Below are positions 7,829 through 17,208 of a stretch of DNA of 64,000 nt, piece by piece. The stretch comes from Ignavibacteriales bacterium (GTDB taxonomy: Bacteria > Bacteroidota > Ignavibacteria > UBA10030 > UBA6906), in NCBI GenBank assembly GCA_037441705.1, contig JBBIRR010000001.1, forward strand, positions 64,001-128,000, written 5' to 3'. Position numbers and translations under genes: made by a program. The stretch's first letter is position 1. Every line of letters starts with the position of its first letter. The notes beneath the pieces are model-generated. The model searched no databases. It saw only the letters and a program-made list of their open reading frames with translations, and was not told the origin of the DNA.

Positions 7829-9923
7829 GATCCACCTCCAGTTTGCCTATGAATTCGACATCCGTCTCCGGGGGAAGCTCGGTAAACGACAGCACGGCCA
7901 CATTCGGAAAGGCCGTACGGATGAGCCGATAAAAGTACGGGCGCACGGTGGCAACGCACAGCACAACCGGTTGATACCCGCCGGCCAATGCCGCCTCCAG
8001 ATTGGCCGCCATGCCCTTGTGTATCGCTTCGATAACGTCCGGCGCCAGGCCAAGGCTCGGGCTGCTCTCGCGCTGGTTCTGCAGCGCGTTGGTGATCAGC
8101 TGTTCAAGGCGCGGGCCCATCGCAATTGCATGGATGATTCCCCGCGCATCTTTGTACATCCGCGCAATCGTTTCCGAGAGTGAATGGCGGACGTATTCGG
8201 TCAACACGTCAACGTTCTTCGTCACCCGTGAATAATCCGAGAGTGCCTCGAGAATCGTGACGAGGTCACGGATCGGAATCCCCTCGCGCAGCAGATTCTG
8301 TAACACTTTCTGAATCGTTCCGAAGGGCAGCGTGTCGGGCGTGATCTCTTCGACGACCGCCGGATAGTCCTTCTTGAGATTGTCAATCAGTTTCTTCGTT
8401 TCCTGTCTGCCGAGAATCTTGTCGCAGTTCCGGCGCAGCACTTCCTGGAGATGCGTAGAGAGAACCGCCGCAGGCTCCACCACCGTGTAGCCGGCAAGCT
8501 CAGCAGCCTCCCGATCATGCAACGCGATCCAGATCGCCGGCAAGCCGAACGCCGGCTCCTTTGCCGGAAGACCGTGGATCGTTTCGGAAGCCGCGCCCGG
8601 ATTCATCGCCAGCAGGCGGTCAACAATCAGGGTGTTGGTGGCAACGACGTTGCCGCGTATTTTGATGACGTACTGGTTCGGGTCGAGCTGCAGGTTATCG
8701 CGTACACGGACGGGCGGAATGACGATGCCCAACTCCATCGCAAGCTGTTTGCGGAGGTTGGTAATGCGACCGAACAAGTCACCGCCCTGCGCCTCATCAA
8801 CAAGGGAGATCAAACCATACCCAATCTCGACTTCTATCGGGTCGACCTGGAGATAGTCTTCAATCTTTTCCTGCTGCGGTACGGCGGCTGTTGTCACCGC
8901 TGCGCCGTTCGATTCCTCCTCCTGCTGCTGGTTCTTCATCGTAACCAGGCCGACGGCGCCTGCCACCGTCGAGAGAATCAGGAACGGAATCGTCGGCAGG
9001 CCCGGCACGACGGCAAACAACGCCAACGCGCCGGAAGCAATCAGCATGGCTTTGGGTTTGCCCAGAAGCTGCGCGCGCATTTCACGATCTAACGCATTGC
9101 CCGACGCACTGCGCGTCACGATCATGCCTGCAGCAGTTGCTGTAATCAGCGCGGGGATCTGCGACACAAGGCCGTCGCCGACGGTTAGCAGCGTGTAGCT
9201 CTGCAAGGCATCGAGAAACGTCATTCCCCGCTGCGCAACCCCGATGACGAACCCGCCGACGATGTTGACGAGATTGATCAGCAAACCGGCGATGGCGTCG
9301 CCCTTCACAAACTTGCTTGCGCCGTCCATGGCACCGTAGAATTCCGCCTCACGCGCAATTTCGCGGCGGCGCTGGCGGGCTTGCTCTTCCGTAATCAATC
9401 CGGCGTTCATGTCAGCGTCGATGGCCATCTGCTTCCCGGGCATCGCATCCAGCGTGAATCGTGCAGCAACCTCGGCGATACGTCCGGCGCCCTTGACAAT
9501 CACCACAAACTGAATGATCACCAGAATGATGAAGATGATGAAGCCGACCACGTAGTTCCCTTCCACCACGAACGCGCCGAATGCGTTGATGACTTCTCCC
9601 GCGTACCCGTTGCCGAGGATGAGACGCGTCGATGCAACGTTGAGTGACAGACGGAAAATCGTAAGGATCAGCAGCAGTCCGGGAAACACCGACAGCTCCA
9701 ACGGGTTCGTGATGTACATCGAGACGGTCAGAATCAGAATCGCCAGCGTGATGTTTGCCGAAATCAACACATCCAGAACTACCGCCGGCAGCGGAATGAT
9801 CATCATCGCGAGGATGAGGATGACGCCTACCGCCAGCAGGATGTCCGTATTCCTGCTGAGCAATCGCAGGGAGGGTGACTGCAGCACGCTGCTATTTCCT
9901 GCCGTGGCTTCCATAATGCTCAT
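7818..9923 (-). CDS. flhA: Flagellar export gate protein FlhA
   Basis: FHIPEP motif AEVAARFTLDAMPGKQMAIDAD, FYGAMDGASKFVKGDA; 701 aa. Confidence 0.98.
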   Translation of the reverse strand: MSIMEATAGNSSVLQSPSLRLLSRNTDILLAVGVILILAMMIIPLPAVVLDVLISANITLAILILTVSMYITNPLELSVFPGLLLILTIFRLSLNVASTRLILGNGYAGEVINAFGAFVVEGNYVVGFIIFIILVIIQFVVIVKGAGRIAEVAARFTLDAMPGKQMAIDADMNAGLITEEQARQRRREIAREAEFYGAMDGASKFVKGDAIAGLLINLVNIVGGFVIGVAQRGMTFLDALQSYTLLTVGDGLVSQIPALITATAAGMIVTRSASGNALDREMRAQLLGKPKAMLIASGALALFAVVPGLPTIPFLILSTVAGAVGLVTMKNQQQEEESNGAAVTTAAVPQQEKIEDYLQVDPIEVEIGYGLISLVDEAQGGDLFGRITNLRKQLAMELGIVIPPVRVRDNLQLDPNQYVIKIRGNVVATNTLIVDRLLAMNPGAASETIHGLPAKEPAFGLPAIWIALHDREAAELAGYTVVEPAAVLSTHLQEVLRRNCDKILGRQETKKLIDNLKKDYPAVVEEITPDTLPFGTIQKVLQNLLREGIPIRDLVTILEALSDYSRVTKNVDVLTEYVRHSLSETIARMYKDARGIIHAIAMGPRLEQLITNALQNQRESSPSLGLAPDVIEAIHKGMAANLEAALAGGYQPVVLCVATVRPYFYRLIRTAFPNVAVLSFTELPPETDVEFIGKLEVDHAH

Positions 9924-11011
9924 TCATGCACGTACGATGTCCGGCGTTCGTCCCTCATGCGATAGACAAACGCAAGAACGTGGGCGACGGCCTGGAAGAG
10001 TTTTTCGGGAATCTCCTCTCCAACCTCCACCATTTTGTACAGCATCTGCGCGAGAGGTTTGTCCTCGACGATCGGCACGTCGTGCTCGCGCGCAATCTCC
10101 TTGATGCGTTCGGCAATCAGGTTGGCGCCTTTGGCAACGACGCGCGGAGCATTCATCTTGCCCATCTCGTACTTGAGGGCGACGGCAAGGTGCGTCGGGT
10201 TGGTAACGACAACATCGGCCTTCGGAACATCCTGCATCATGCGGCGGTACGCGATCTGACGCTGGATGGTGCGGATGCGGCTCTTGATGAGCGGATCGCC
10301 TTCCGCTTCCTTCGCCTCTTCCTTTTGTTCATGCTTCGTCATCCGCAAGGATTTCTCATACTCGAACCGCTGGAACAGATAGTCTGCAGCAGCAAGCACG
10401 AAGAACGCCAGCCCCACTTTCATCCCGACCTGTACCGCCGACTTGGCCATGAACTCGAGAATCGCCCCTGTGTCACTGTCGACCAGCACCACCGCTTCGG
10501 AGATAACGGTCTGCGTTGCGTTGTACGCCACAAGTCCGACGATCACGATCTTCAGCATGCCCTTCGCCAATTCCACAAGAGAGCGAACGGAAAGCATCAC
10601 GCGCTTCATGCCGGCAAGCGGATTCAGTTTGGAGAATTTCGGTTTCAGCGGCTCCCATGTAAATAGAAAGCCTACCTGCGCGACACTGGCAATCACTCCC
10701 ACCATCAGTAAGCCCGCGAGAATCGGGATGAGCGCGAGAAGAAAACCGAACAGCCCGTCGGCAAACAGACGATGAATGTTCTCTGCATTGAGATCGAGGC
10801 CGGAAAGGTTGCCAAACAGCTCTCGCGCCATCGCGGCAAGCTTTTCCGCCAGCAGCGCTCCGCTGAAATAAAGGATCAGCAGGCCGAACAGCAGAACGAG
10901 GGCAGAATTCACGTCCAGCGATTTCGCCACGCTTCCCTTTGCTCGTGCGTCCCCGCGTTTTTTTGGGGACGCCGGTTCGGTTCTTTCTTCAGCCGATTCG
11001 AATTCCGCCAT
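9920..11011 (-). CDS. flhB: Flagellar export switch protein FlhB
   Basis: TEPASPKK N-terminus, EGDP, NPTH autocleavage motif. Confidence 0.97.
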   Translation of the reverse strand: MAEFESAEERTEPASPKKRGDARAKGSVAKSLDVNSALVLLFGLLILYFSGALLAEKLAAMARELFGNLSGLDLNAENIHRLFADGLFGFLLALIPILAGLLMVGVIASVAQVGFLFTWEPLKPKFSKLNPLAGMKRVMLSVRSLVELAKGMLKIVIVGLVAYNATQTVISEAVVLVDSDTGAILEFMAKSAVQVGMKVGLAFFVLAAADYLFQRFEYEKSLRMTKHEQKEEAKEAEGDPLIKSRIRTIQRQIAYRRMMQDVPKADVVVTNPTHLAVALKYEMGKMNAPRVVAKGANLIAERIKEIAREHDVPIVEDKPLAQMLYKMVEVGEEIPEKLFQAVAHVLAFVYRMRDERRTSYVHE

Positions 11012-11014
11012 GAC

Positions 11015-11782
11015 TTACAGGACCTTCACCAGTTCGAGCATGTTTTCCTGAAATGCAGCCAACAGCTTCTTGAACACAAACACCAACAGCGGCAGCGACG
11101 TCATGAACGCCAACAGCCCGACGCCCACCTTCAACGGGAAGACAACCGCAAACAGATTCATTTGCGGCATCACGCGCGAGAGGATGGACAGGGCGACATT
11201 GATGAGGAACATCGTCACCATCACGGGCGCGGCAAGCTTCACGGCAATCACGAACATCATCCCGCCCACCTTGATGAGCTGACCGACCGCCTCGCCGCCG
11301 AGCGTGAAACTTCCCATCGGCACGCTCGCGTAACTCAGTTGTAGCGCCTCGAGTACGTAGTGATGGCCGTTCAGCAGAACGAAGACCATGATCATCAGCA
11401 GATACAAGGACTCGCTGATGACCGACGCATGCGTGTTACTTTCAGGGTCGAACATCGCCGCCAGCGAGAGACCCGAATCGATCGCAATCAACTCACCCGC
11501 ATAGCGGACGCCGGCAAACAGCAGGCCTGCCGCGAAACCGATCAGCAGGCCGACGGCGGCCTCCTTGAGAACGGTGAGGCTCAGGGGAATCAGGTCGGCG
11601 TTCACGACTGCACCCTGGCCTGCCGCAAGAGGATACATGACGAATGCAACGAACATCCCGATGGCCACCTTTACCTGCACGGGAATCGCCATGTGCCCTA
11701 ACATCGGCGCGACCACGATCATCGCGGTGACGCGGACGAACAGCATGAGGAAGACAAGAAATTGGTCGGCAAACACTTCCAT
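11015..11782 (-). CDS. fliR: Flagellar export protein FliR
   Basis: Hydrophobic 255 aa with RVMPQMNLFAVVFPLK; lies between fliQ and flhB. Confidence 0.95.
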   Translation of the reverse strand: MEVFADQFLVFLMLFVRVTAMIVVAPMLGHMAIPVQVKVAIGMFVAFVMYPLAAGQGAVVNADLIPLSLTVLKEAAVGLLIGFAAGLLFAGVRYAGELIAIDSGLSLAAMFDPESNTHASVISESLYLLMIMVFVLLNGHHYVLEALQLSYASVPMGSFTLGGEAVGQLIKVGGMMFVIAVKLAAPVMVTMFLINVALSILSRVMPQMNLFAVVFPLKVGVGLLAFMTSLPLLVFVFKKLLAAFQENMLELVKVL

Positions 11783-11785
11783 GGC

Positions 11786-12055
11786 TCACCGCACAAGTGA
11801 TGGGATTTGGTGATACAGATTTGTGGTAAAGCCGACAAGTGTATCAATCATCCATGGCAGCGTCAGCACAAGCACAATGGCGAGTACGATCAGCTTGGGG
11901 ACGAACGATAACGTAAACTCCTGGATCGACGTTGCTGCCTGAAGAACCGAGACGACCAGGCCGACGATCAGCGATGCAAGAAGCAGCGGCGCCGCCACCA
12001 TCATCCCGGTAGAGAACGCCTCGCGAAACAAATGCACGACGAATTCAACATTCAT
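11786..12055 (-). CDS. fliQ: Flagellar export protein FliQ
   Basis: QAATSIQEFTLSFVPK motif; 89 aa. Confidence 0.96.
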   Translation of the reverse strand: MNVEFVVHLFREAFSTGMMVAAPLLLASLIVGLVVSVLQAATSIQEFTLSFVPKLIVLAIVLVLTLPWMIDTLVGFTTNLYHQIPSLVR

Positions 12056-12064
12056 ACACTCTTC

Positions 12065-12814
12065 CTATCGAAAACTCTGCATGAGAGAATCAACAACGAG
12101 ATGCCATCCATCGACCAGAATGAAGAGCAGAATCTTGAACGGCATCGACACCATGACGGGCGGCAGCATCATCATGCCCATGGACATCAGGATGCTGGCC
12201 ACCACCATGTCGATGATGATAAAGGGAATGAACAGGATGAATCCGATCTGAAACCCGACGCGCAGCTCGCTGATAGCATACGCCGGCACGAGCGCATAGG
12301 TCGGCACCTCATTCCTGCTTTTCGGCTTCTCGACGCCGGCAAATTTCAGGAACAGCCCCAGGTCCTCTTCTCGCGTCTGGCGGAACATGAACTCGCGGAT
12401 CGGCTCGACGCCCTTGTCGTACGCTTCCTGCAGCGTCATCTTTTTCTGCAAGTACGGCTGCAGTGCCTGATCGTTGACTTTACTCCACGTCGGCGCCATG
12501 ACGAAGAACGTGAGAAACATCGCCAGCCCGATCAAAACCTGCGCAGGCGGCATCTGCGGCGTGCCCATGGCCTGCTTGAGAAAGTGAAACACGACGATGA
12601 TGCGCGTGAAGGCTGTTGTGAGAATCAAAATCGCCGGCGCAAGGGAAAGGATTGTCATCAGGAACAGAATCTGCAGCGTCACCGACACGTCGTCGGGACT
12701 GGTTGCCTTGCCTACCTCAACGGAGAGTTTCGGGAAAGGCAACGTCTTTTCTTGCCCCTGCGCAATGCCGCTCACCATCAACAAAAAGAAACCCAGCAGA
12801 AGAACTCGCCGCAT
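12065..12814 (-). CDS. fliP: Flagellar export protein FliP
   Basis: FTRIIVV, QMPP, LMSMGMMMLPP, PFKILLFILVDGW. Confidence 0.97.
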   Translation of the reverse strand: MRRVLLLGFFLLMVSGIAQGQEKTLPFPKLSVEVGKATSPDDVSVTLQILFLMTILSLAPAILILTTAFTRIIVVFHFLKQAMGTPQMPPAQVLIGLAMFLTFFVMAPTWSKVNDQALQPYLQKKMTLQEAYDKGVEPIREFMFRQTREEDLGLFLKFAGVEKPKSRNEVPTYALVPAYAISELRVGFQIGFILFIPFIIIDMVVASILMSMGMMMLPPVMVSMPFKILLFILVDGWHLVVDSLMQSFR

Positions 12815-13215
12815 CAGGAAGCTCCTTTGGCTGCAAGCTTGGTGAGCTGAAGCGCCAACGCACGCGCGAAGGACGGCGATGTCCCGGCGCCTGTGCGTAC
12901 CGCTGCTGCGGTGTCACCGTTTCGCGCGGCAAGTTTGTCCGCAATCTGCTGTAGACTCCGCTCGTCGTTCAGCTCTCCCAACGTCTGCATCCCGTGCTCG
13001 CTCACGCCGAGGATCAAAACCTTGTTCATCACCTTGACGACGGAGATGACCCGTTTGGGTTGAAGCATCATCGTTCCCAATACTCTCATCTCTACGATGT
13101 GAGACGAAGAAGATCGTCCGCCGAGCATGAATCTTTTCATGACGAACACGACGGCTCCCATCAACGCGAGGACGGCGGCCAGCGAAAGCAACGTTTTGAC
13201 AACGACCCACTCCAT
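12814..13215 (-). CDS. fliO: FliP chaperone FliO/FliZ
   Basis: N-terminal TM helix and a short beta-rich domain (VKVMNKVLILGVSE); lies between fliN and fliP. Confidence 0.82.
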   Translation of the reverse strand: MEWVVVKTLLSLAAVLALMGAVVFVMKRFMLGGRSSSSHIVEMRVLGTMMLQPKRVISVVKVMNKVLILGVSEHGMQTLGELNDERSLQQIADKLAARNGDTAAAVRTGAGTSPSFARALALQLTKLAAKGAS

Positions 13216-13218
13216 CAG

Positions 13219-13638
13219 CTATTTCCCGAGGCCCTTGATCCGTTCGGAGGTGTTCACCAGATTCGTGACCCGAATCGCGAAATGCTTATCAATCACGACC
13301 ACTTCGCCTTCTGCCATCTTCTTGCCGTTGACGACGATATCCACCGGCTCACTTGCCATTTTGTCGAACTCGATGATGGACCCGCGCCGCAGATCGAGCA
13401 CGCTGCGAATCTCCAGCTCCGTTCTGCCCAACTCGATCGAGACGGGCAGCATTAGACCCATCAGGAGATCCAGCTTTCGATCGTGGCCGCTCGACGTCAC
13501 TTGCTCGTCCGCGGCTTCGAACTGCTGAAACTCCGCTGCCCGAATTTCCGTGTCACCGGCAGGGACGTCTGCCTCTCCCTCTTTCTTCTGCTCGCGCGAA
13601 GGAAACTTCAACATCTCGTCGTTCTTGATTTGTTCCAT
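13219..13638 (-). CDS. fliN: C-ring protein FliN
   Basis: SpoA domain: VSIELGR, GSIIEFDK, EPVDIVVNG, AEGEVVVI, FAIRVT. Confidence 0.95.
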   Translation of the reverse strand: MEQIKNDEMLKFPSREQKKEGEADVPAGDTEIRAAEFQQFEAADEQVTSSGHDRKLDLLMGLMLPVSIELGRTELEIRSVLDLRRGSIIEFDKMASEPVDIVVNGKKMAEGEVVVIDKHFAIRVTNLVNTSERIKGLGK

Positions 13639-13644
13639 GATATT

Positions 13645-14646
13645 CTACCCGTTGTTGTCACTATCCACGATGATGCGAGTGATTTTCAATGCCGCCTTGC
13701 CGTTGGAGATGCCGGGGCGCCCGCGTGCCCGCAGACGCCCGCCTATGAGCAACTGCATCTCGCCGTTGATGGGCGTGTTGGTGATCAGGAGGTCCCCCAC
13801 CTCCAACTCTTTCAGCTGCCGCAGCGTCATCGTCGTTTCGCCCAAGATACAGGCGGCCGGAACTTTGGTCGGTTCGAGCGTGTGCAGGATGGCGCCCGTC
13901 CATTCCTTGTGCTCGAGTGTCCGCTGCATGTTTGTATGATGCTGGATTTGAAGAGTTGCCAGCACGTCTTCCAGAGCCAGCGTCGGGAAGCAGAGCGACA
14001 TGCCGTAGCGATGCTCGCCCAGCATAACATCCAACTTCACCACCAGCACAATTTCGCTCGTCGGCGCAATCTGTATGAAGTCCGCTTCGGTCTCATAGCG
14101 ATCGAGGGCAAAATCGCTTTCGATGATGGATGACCATGCACGCTGGAGTTCGCTCAGCGCACGCTGGACAATGCTCTTGACGATGTTTTGCTCAATCCGG
14201 GTAATGGGGCGAGACTCAGCAACCTTCTCCGTCGCACCCCCAAGCATGCGCGAGATAATGGCAAGCAGAAGCGCCGGGTTGAACTCCATCACCGCTTTCG
14301 CACCGAGCCGCTCTATATTGAACACATACAGACAACTCGGCCGGGCTGTCGCAACAACATACTCCGCGTAGAACATCTGATCAACCGACACCACGCTCAC
14401 CGATGCTGTTGTCTGCAAGCGCGAGACGAGGAACGAGCTGAACGCCTCGGCAAAGTTATCATGAACGGTGTTGAACGTCTGCATCTGACGGCTGGAAAGA
14501 CGGCGCGGCATACGGAAATCGAACCGCACGATCTCGCGCGGCAGCTCCTGGCTGCGTTCCTTCCGCTGCTCGCCCCCTTCTGCTTCCTTCTCGCCGAGAT
14601 CGGACAGCAAGGTGTTGATTTCCTGTTGCGAGAGAATCTCTGCCAT
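13645..14646 (-). CDS. fliM: C-ring switch protein FliM
   Basis: N-terminal LSQQEINTLL (CheY-binding peptide variant), FDFRMP, C-terminal SpoA domain. Confidence 0.94.
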   Translation of the reverse strand: MAEILSQQEINTLLSDLGEKEAEGGEQRKERSQELPREIVRFDFRMPRRLSSRQMQTFNTVHDNFAEAFSSFLVSRLQTTASVSVVSVDQMFYAEYVVATARPSCLYVFNIERLGAKAVMEFNPALLLAIISRMLGGATEKVAESRPITRIEQNIVKSIVQRALSELQRAWSSIIESDFALDRYETEADFIQIAPTSEIVLVVKLDVMLGEHRYGMSLCFPTLALEDVLATLQIQHHTNMQRTLEHKEWTGAILHTLEPTKVPAACILGETTMTLRQLKELEVGDLLITNTPINGEMQLLIGGRLRARGRPGISNGKAALKITRIIVDSDNNG

Positions 14647-14656
14647 TGCTGTACGG

Positions 14657-15205
14657 TTATTGGATGATGTACTTGCTGAAGTATACGCTGGTCAGCTTGC
14701 CGGATTTCACCAGCTCCTTGCCGCGCTGAAAGATCTCCTGTCGCAGCAACTCACGTTTCGAGACATCAATCAAATCTTCCATGCTTTTGCTGGTGAGAAT
14801 CGAGTTCAGGGCGTCACGCACGGCCATTTCTTTTTTCTCCATTTCCTTCCGCGCTTCTTCCGAGTTGAGATTGAAACCGATGGTGGTTAACAAATAGCGC
14901 TGGCCGTTCGTCCCGGCGGGATTGATAATCAGATCCTTGATGACAAAGACAAACTCTTCCTGCGGCTCGGCAGCGGTTTCTTCTGCGACGTCAGGGCTGG
15001 TCGCATGGGTTTGCGTTGCATGGGCCGGAGAAATGGCCGCGGCATTTTGCAGCGATAAGGGCACAAGAAACCGTGCCGTCAGGAAATACACCAGCACGAG
15101 TTGAACAAGAAATGCAGGCACGCCGATGAGCAACACTTTCTTGAGCGTCCCGGGTTCTTTCTCGGCCTTCTGGTCGGTCGGTTGTGGGGAAGTTTCATCA
15201 GCCAT
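14657..15205 (-). CDS. fliL: Flagellar basal-body-associated protein FliL
   Basis: Single TM helix, then DLIINPAG, VRDALNSIL and VYFSKYIIQ. Start at ATG 15205 with AAGGA RBS. Confidence 0.92.
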   Translation of the reverse strand: MADETSPQPTDQKAEKEPGTLKKVLLIGVPAFLVQLVLVYFLTARFLVPLSLQNAAAISPAHATQTHATSPDVAEETAAEPQEEFVFVIKDLIINPAGTNGQRYLLTTIGFNLNSEEARKEMEKKEMAVRDALNSILTSKSMEDLIDVSKRELLRQEIFQRGKELVKSGKLTSVYFSKYIIQ

Positions 15206-15245
15206 GGACAAATCCTTGTGAGTATTCGTGTTGCACACAGAAAGG

Positions 15246-15260
15246 TCAAACCGTATGCCA
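15246..15260 (-). promoter_or_regulatory. Putative sigma54 (-24/-12) promoter for the fliL-fliA operon
   Basis: Minus strand TGGCAT-ACGGT-TTGA against consensus TGGCAC-N5-TTGC (-12 is GA, not GC); about 40 nt upstream of fliL. Confidence 0.6.
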
Positions 15261-15355
15261 TCGGAAGAATTCTTGAAATCTTAAGAGGAAGGACGAGGAA
15301 TCGTGGAGAAACGCACGCGCATGTGCAGTCGCAGATCCGACGTGCCGTGCGTTGG

Positions 15356-15371
15356 TGGCTAATATCGGCCA
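15356..15371. promoter_or_regulatory. Putative enhancer (UAS) motif copy, TGGCTAATATCGGCCA
   Basis: TGGC-N8-GCCA inverted repeat, 14/16 identical to the copy at 27157; about 96 bp upstream of the -24 element. Confidence 0.5.
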
Positions 15372-15422
15372 ACTGGTTTTCGCACGCTGCGGGTGATGCG
15401 TTGATCGGCAGCGGAAGAATAT

Positions 15423-15453
15423 CGGGCAGCTCGCTGCGTCAGCAAGCTGCCCG
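15423..15453 (-). terminator. Hairpin after flgE, probable intrinsic terminator
   Basis: Perfect 9-bp arms CGGGCAGCT/AGCTGCCCG plus an inner 4-bp stem, 11 nt after the flgE stop; followed by ATATTCTT on the minus strand. Confidence 0.65.
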
Positions 15454-15464
15454 GTTCGTTCCGA

Positions 15465-16709
15465 TTACCGCCGCAGGTTGATTGTTTCCTGGAGAATCTC
15501 GTCGGTCACGGTGATGATTCTGGCGTTTGACTGGTAGCCGCGCTGCGCTACAATCATTCTCGTGAATTCTTCCGCAAGATCCACGTTGGATTGTTCCAGC
15601 ACGCCGCTCGCAATTTCGGAGCTGGAGCCATCACCGGCAACCACATACGCCGCGTTTCCGGAGTTTCCGGTTACTGAATACAGACCGTCTCCCTCCTTGA
15701 ACAAGCCGCCCGGATTGTTCAACTCGGCAAGAATGATCTGCCCCAGCGTAATGGTTGTGCCATTGGAGAATTTCCCCTGCACCTTCCCGTTCTTCTCCAC
15801 GATGATATTCTCCAACGTGCCGGAGGCGTATCCATCCTGATCCCGCATGCTGATGAGGGAGTTGCCGGAGGTTTGCGTGATGCCGCCGAACTGTCCGGGC
15901 GTCCCTGCATCGAGCGTAAAGCTCACGGGGTTCGCACCGTTGGTCGGCGTAAACGCAATGGGAGTGCCTGTCGATGTCAGCAGCGTACCGCTTCCGTCGA
16001 ACGTCAGTGCGCCGTTGCCGATGGAGCCCGATTGTCCCGTGAGTGTCGCATCCCACGTCCACGTGTTGGGACCCGTCTTTGTGAACGTAACGGTGACGGA
16101 GTGTTGGTTTCCTAGAGAATCATACACCTGGAATGTTGTTTGGACGGTTCCGTTGACCGCCGTGCCGCTGTCGAGGTTGCCCGCCAGTTTCACCGACGTC
16201 GTTGCTTTCGCCGGTGCTTTCCGGTCGAATGCGAACCGTAGGTTCGTGATGGGCGCATCCACCGGAATCGTTCCATCGGGATCGGCAAGGCGTCCTTGCA
16301 GCACCGCCCCGTTGCTGGGCAACACCATATTCCCCGCCGCGTCGAACGTGAAGTTCCCGACGCGGGTCAGGTACTCCTGATTGCCTCGTTTGACCACGAA
16401 GAACCCTGCGCCCGTGACCGCCAGATCGGTTGACGAGCCTGTGCCTTCGAGATTGCCCTGCGTGAACAGCGACTGAATGGCGCCAACGCTCGCACCCAAC
16501 CCGATCTGCTGTGGGTTCACGCCGCCGTTCTCGCCCGTCGGACGGAAGGCGCTGAGGCGAGTCTGTGAGAACATCTCCGCAAACATTGCACGCGAGGTTT
16601 TGAACCCGATGGTGTTGATGTTGGAGATGTTGTTGCCGATGACATCCAGCATCACCTGATGGTTGCGCAACCCGGAGATGCCGGAGAAGAGTGACGTGTA
16701 GAGTGACAT
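15465..16709 (-). CDS. flgE: Flagellar hook protein FlgE
   Basis: GNNISNINTIGFK, TDLAVTGAGFF, VYDSLG, LEQSNVDLAEEFTRMIVAQRGYQSN. Confidence 0.96.
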   Translation of the reverse strand: MSLYTSLFSGISGLRNHQVMLDVIGNNISNINTIGFKTSRAMFAEMFSQTRLSAFRPTGENGGVNPQQIGLGASVGAIQSLFTQGNLEGTGSSTDLAVTGAGFFVVKRGNQEYLTRVGNFTFDAAGNMVLPSNGAVLQGRLADPDGTIPVDAPITNLRFAFDRKAPAKATTSVKLAGNLDSGTAVNGTVQTTFQVYDSLGNQHSVTVTFTKTGPNTWTWDATLTGQSGSIGNGALTFDGSGTLLTSTGTPIAFTPTNGANPVSFTLDAGTPGQFGGITQTSGNSLISMRDQDGYASGTLENIIVEKNGKVQGKFSNGTTITLGQIILAELNNPGGLFKEGDGLYSVTGNSGNAAYVVAGDGSSSEIASGVLEQSNVDLAEEFTRMIVAQRGYQSNARIITVTDEILQETINLRR

Positions 16710-16740
16710 AGTTGTACCCCCTTGTGTTTGTTGTTGATGA

Positions 16741-16803
16741 AAAATGTGTCGGACCTCTGTCAGTCAGTCCGACCGGGGGCCTCCTCGTTTCGAGGACCGG
16801 CCC
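16741..16803 (-). promoter_or_regulatory. Structured flgE leader (two hairpins followed by a U-tract)
   Basis: Hairpin 1: GGGCC(GG)TCCTCG-AAA-CGAGGA-GGCCC. Hairpin 2: GTCGGAC-N12-GTCCGAC, followed by ACATTTTT. Confidence 0.5.
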
Positions 16804-16816
16804 ACTTCTGTTTGTT

Positions 16817-17203
16817 CTATCCTGCGATCACCGCACTATCAATATTGGTGAAGACATTGTCCTTCATGTTCTCACCGTGCATCGCGGTGACAACCGTTTT
16901 GTTCTTGACGCTGACGATGAACGCCATATCACGCAAAAGCACCAGCGAATCAGTAGCTCCCTTCTTCTCAGCAAGAGCAATCGCGTGCTGAAGGTCCGCA
17001 AGGTCCTGTTGATCGAGCCGGATGTTCCGTTCGTTCAGGCGATCCTGCGCGTGTTTCGAGAAACGTACCTCCTGCAGTTCCTTCTGGAACACGGCGTCGA
17101 ACGAACGCTCGGCCGGAAGCGGCACCGGCGGCTTTTGCTTCAGCCCTTCGACTCCGCCGACCGGCAGGAAAGGCACCTTCACGCCGTTAATGATCTCCGC
17201 CAT
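16817..17203 (-). CDS. TIGR02530-type flagellar operon protein
   Basis: FSKHAQDRLNERNI, KGATDSLVL, AFIVSVKNKTVVTA, VFTNIDSAVI; typical position between flgD and flgE. Confidence 0.88.
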   Translation of the reverse strand: MAEIINGVKVPFLPVGGVEGLKQKPPVPLPAERSFDAVFQKELQEVRFSKHAQDRLNERNIRLDQQDLADLQHAIALAEKKGATDSLVLLRDMAFIVSVKNKTVVTAMHGENMKDNVFTNIDSAVIAG

Positions 17204-17208
17204 CGTCT

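Noticed and set aside
15362-15369. GCCGATAT read as a sigma28 -10 upstream of fliL
   Set aside because: No TAAA-like -35 at 15-16 nt. It is better explained as part of the shared 16-bp motif.
16741-16803. c-di-GMP riboswitch in the flgE leader
   Set aside because: A GAAA-containing loop is present, but the GEMM-I (GGCAAAC...GACGCAAAG) and class II signatures are not.
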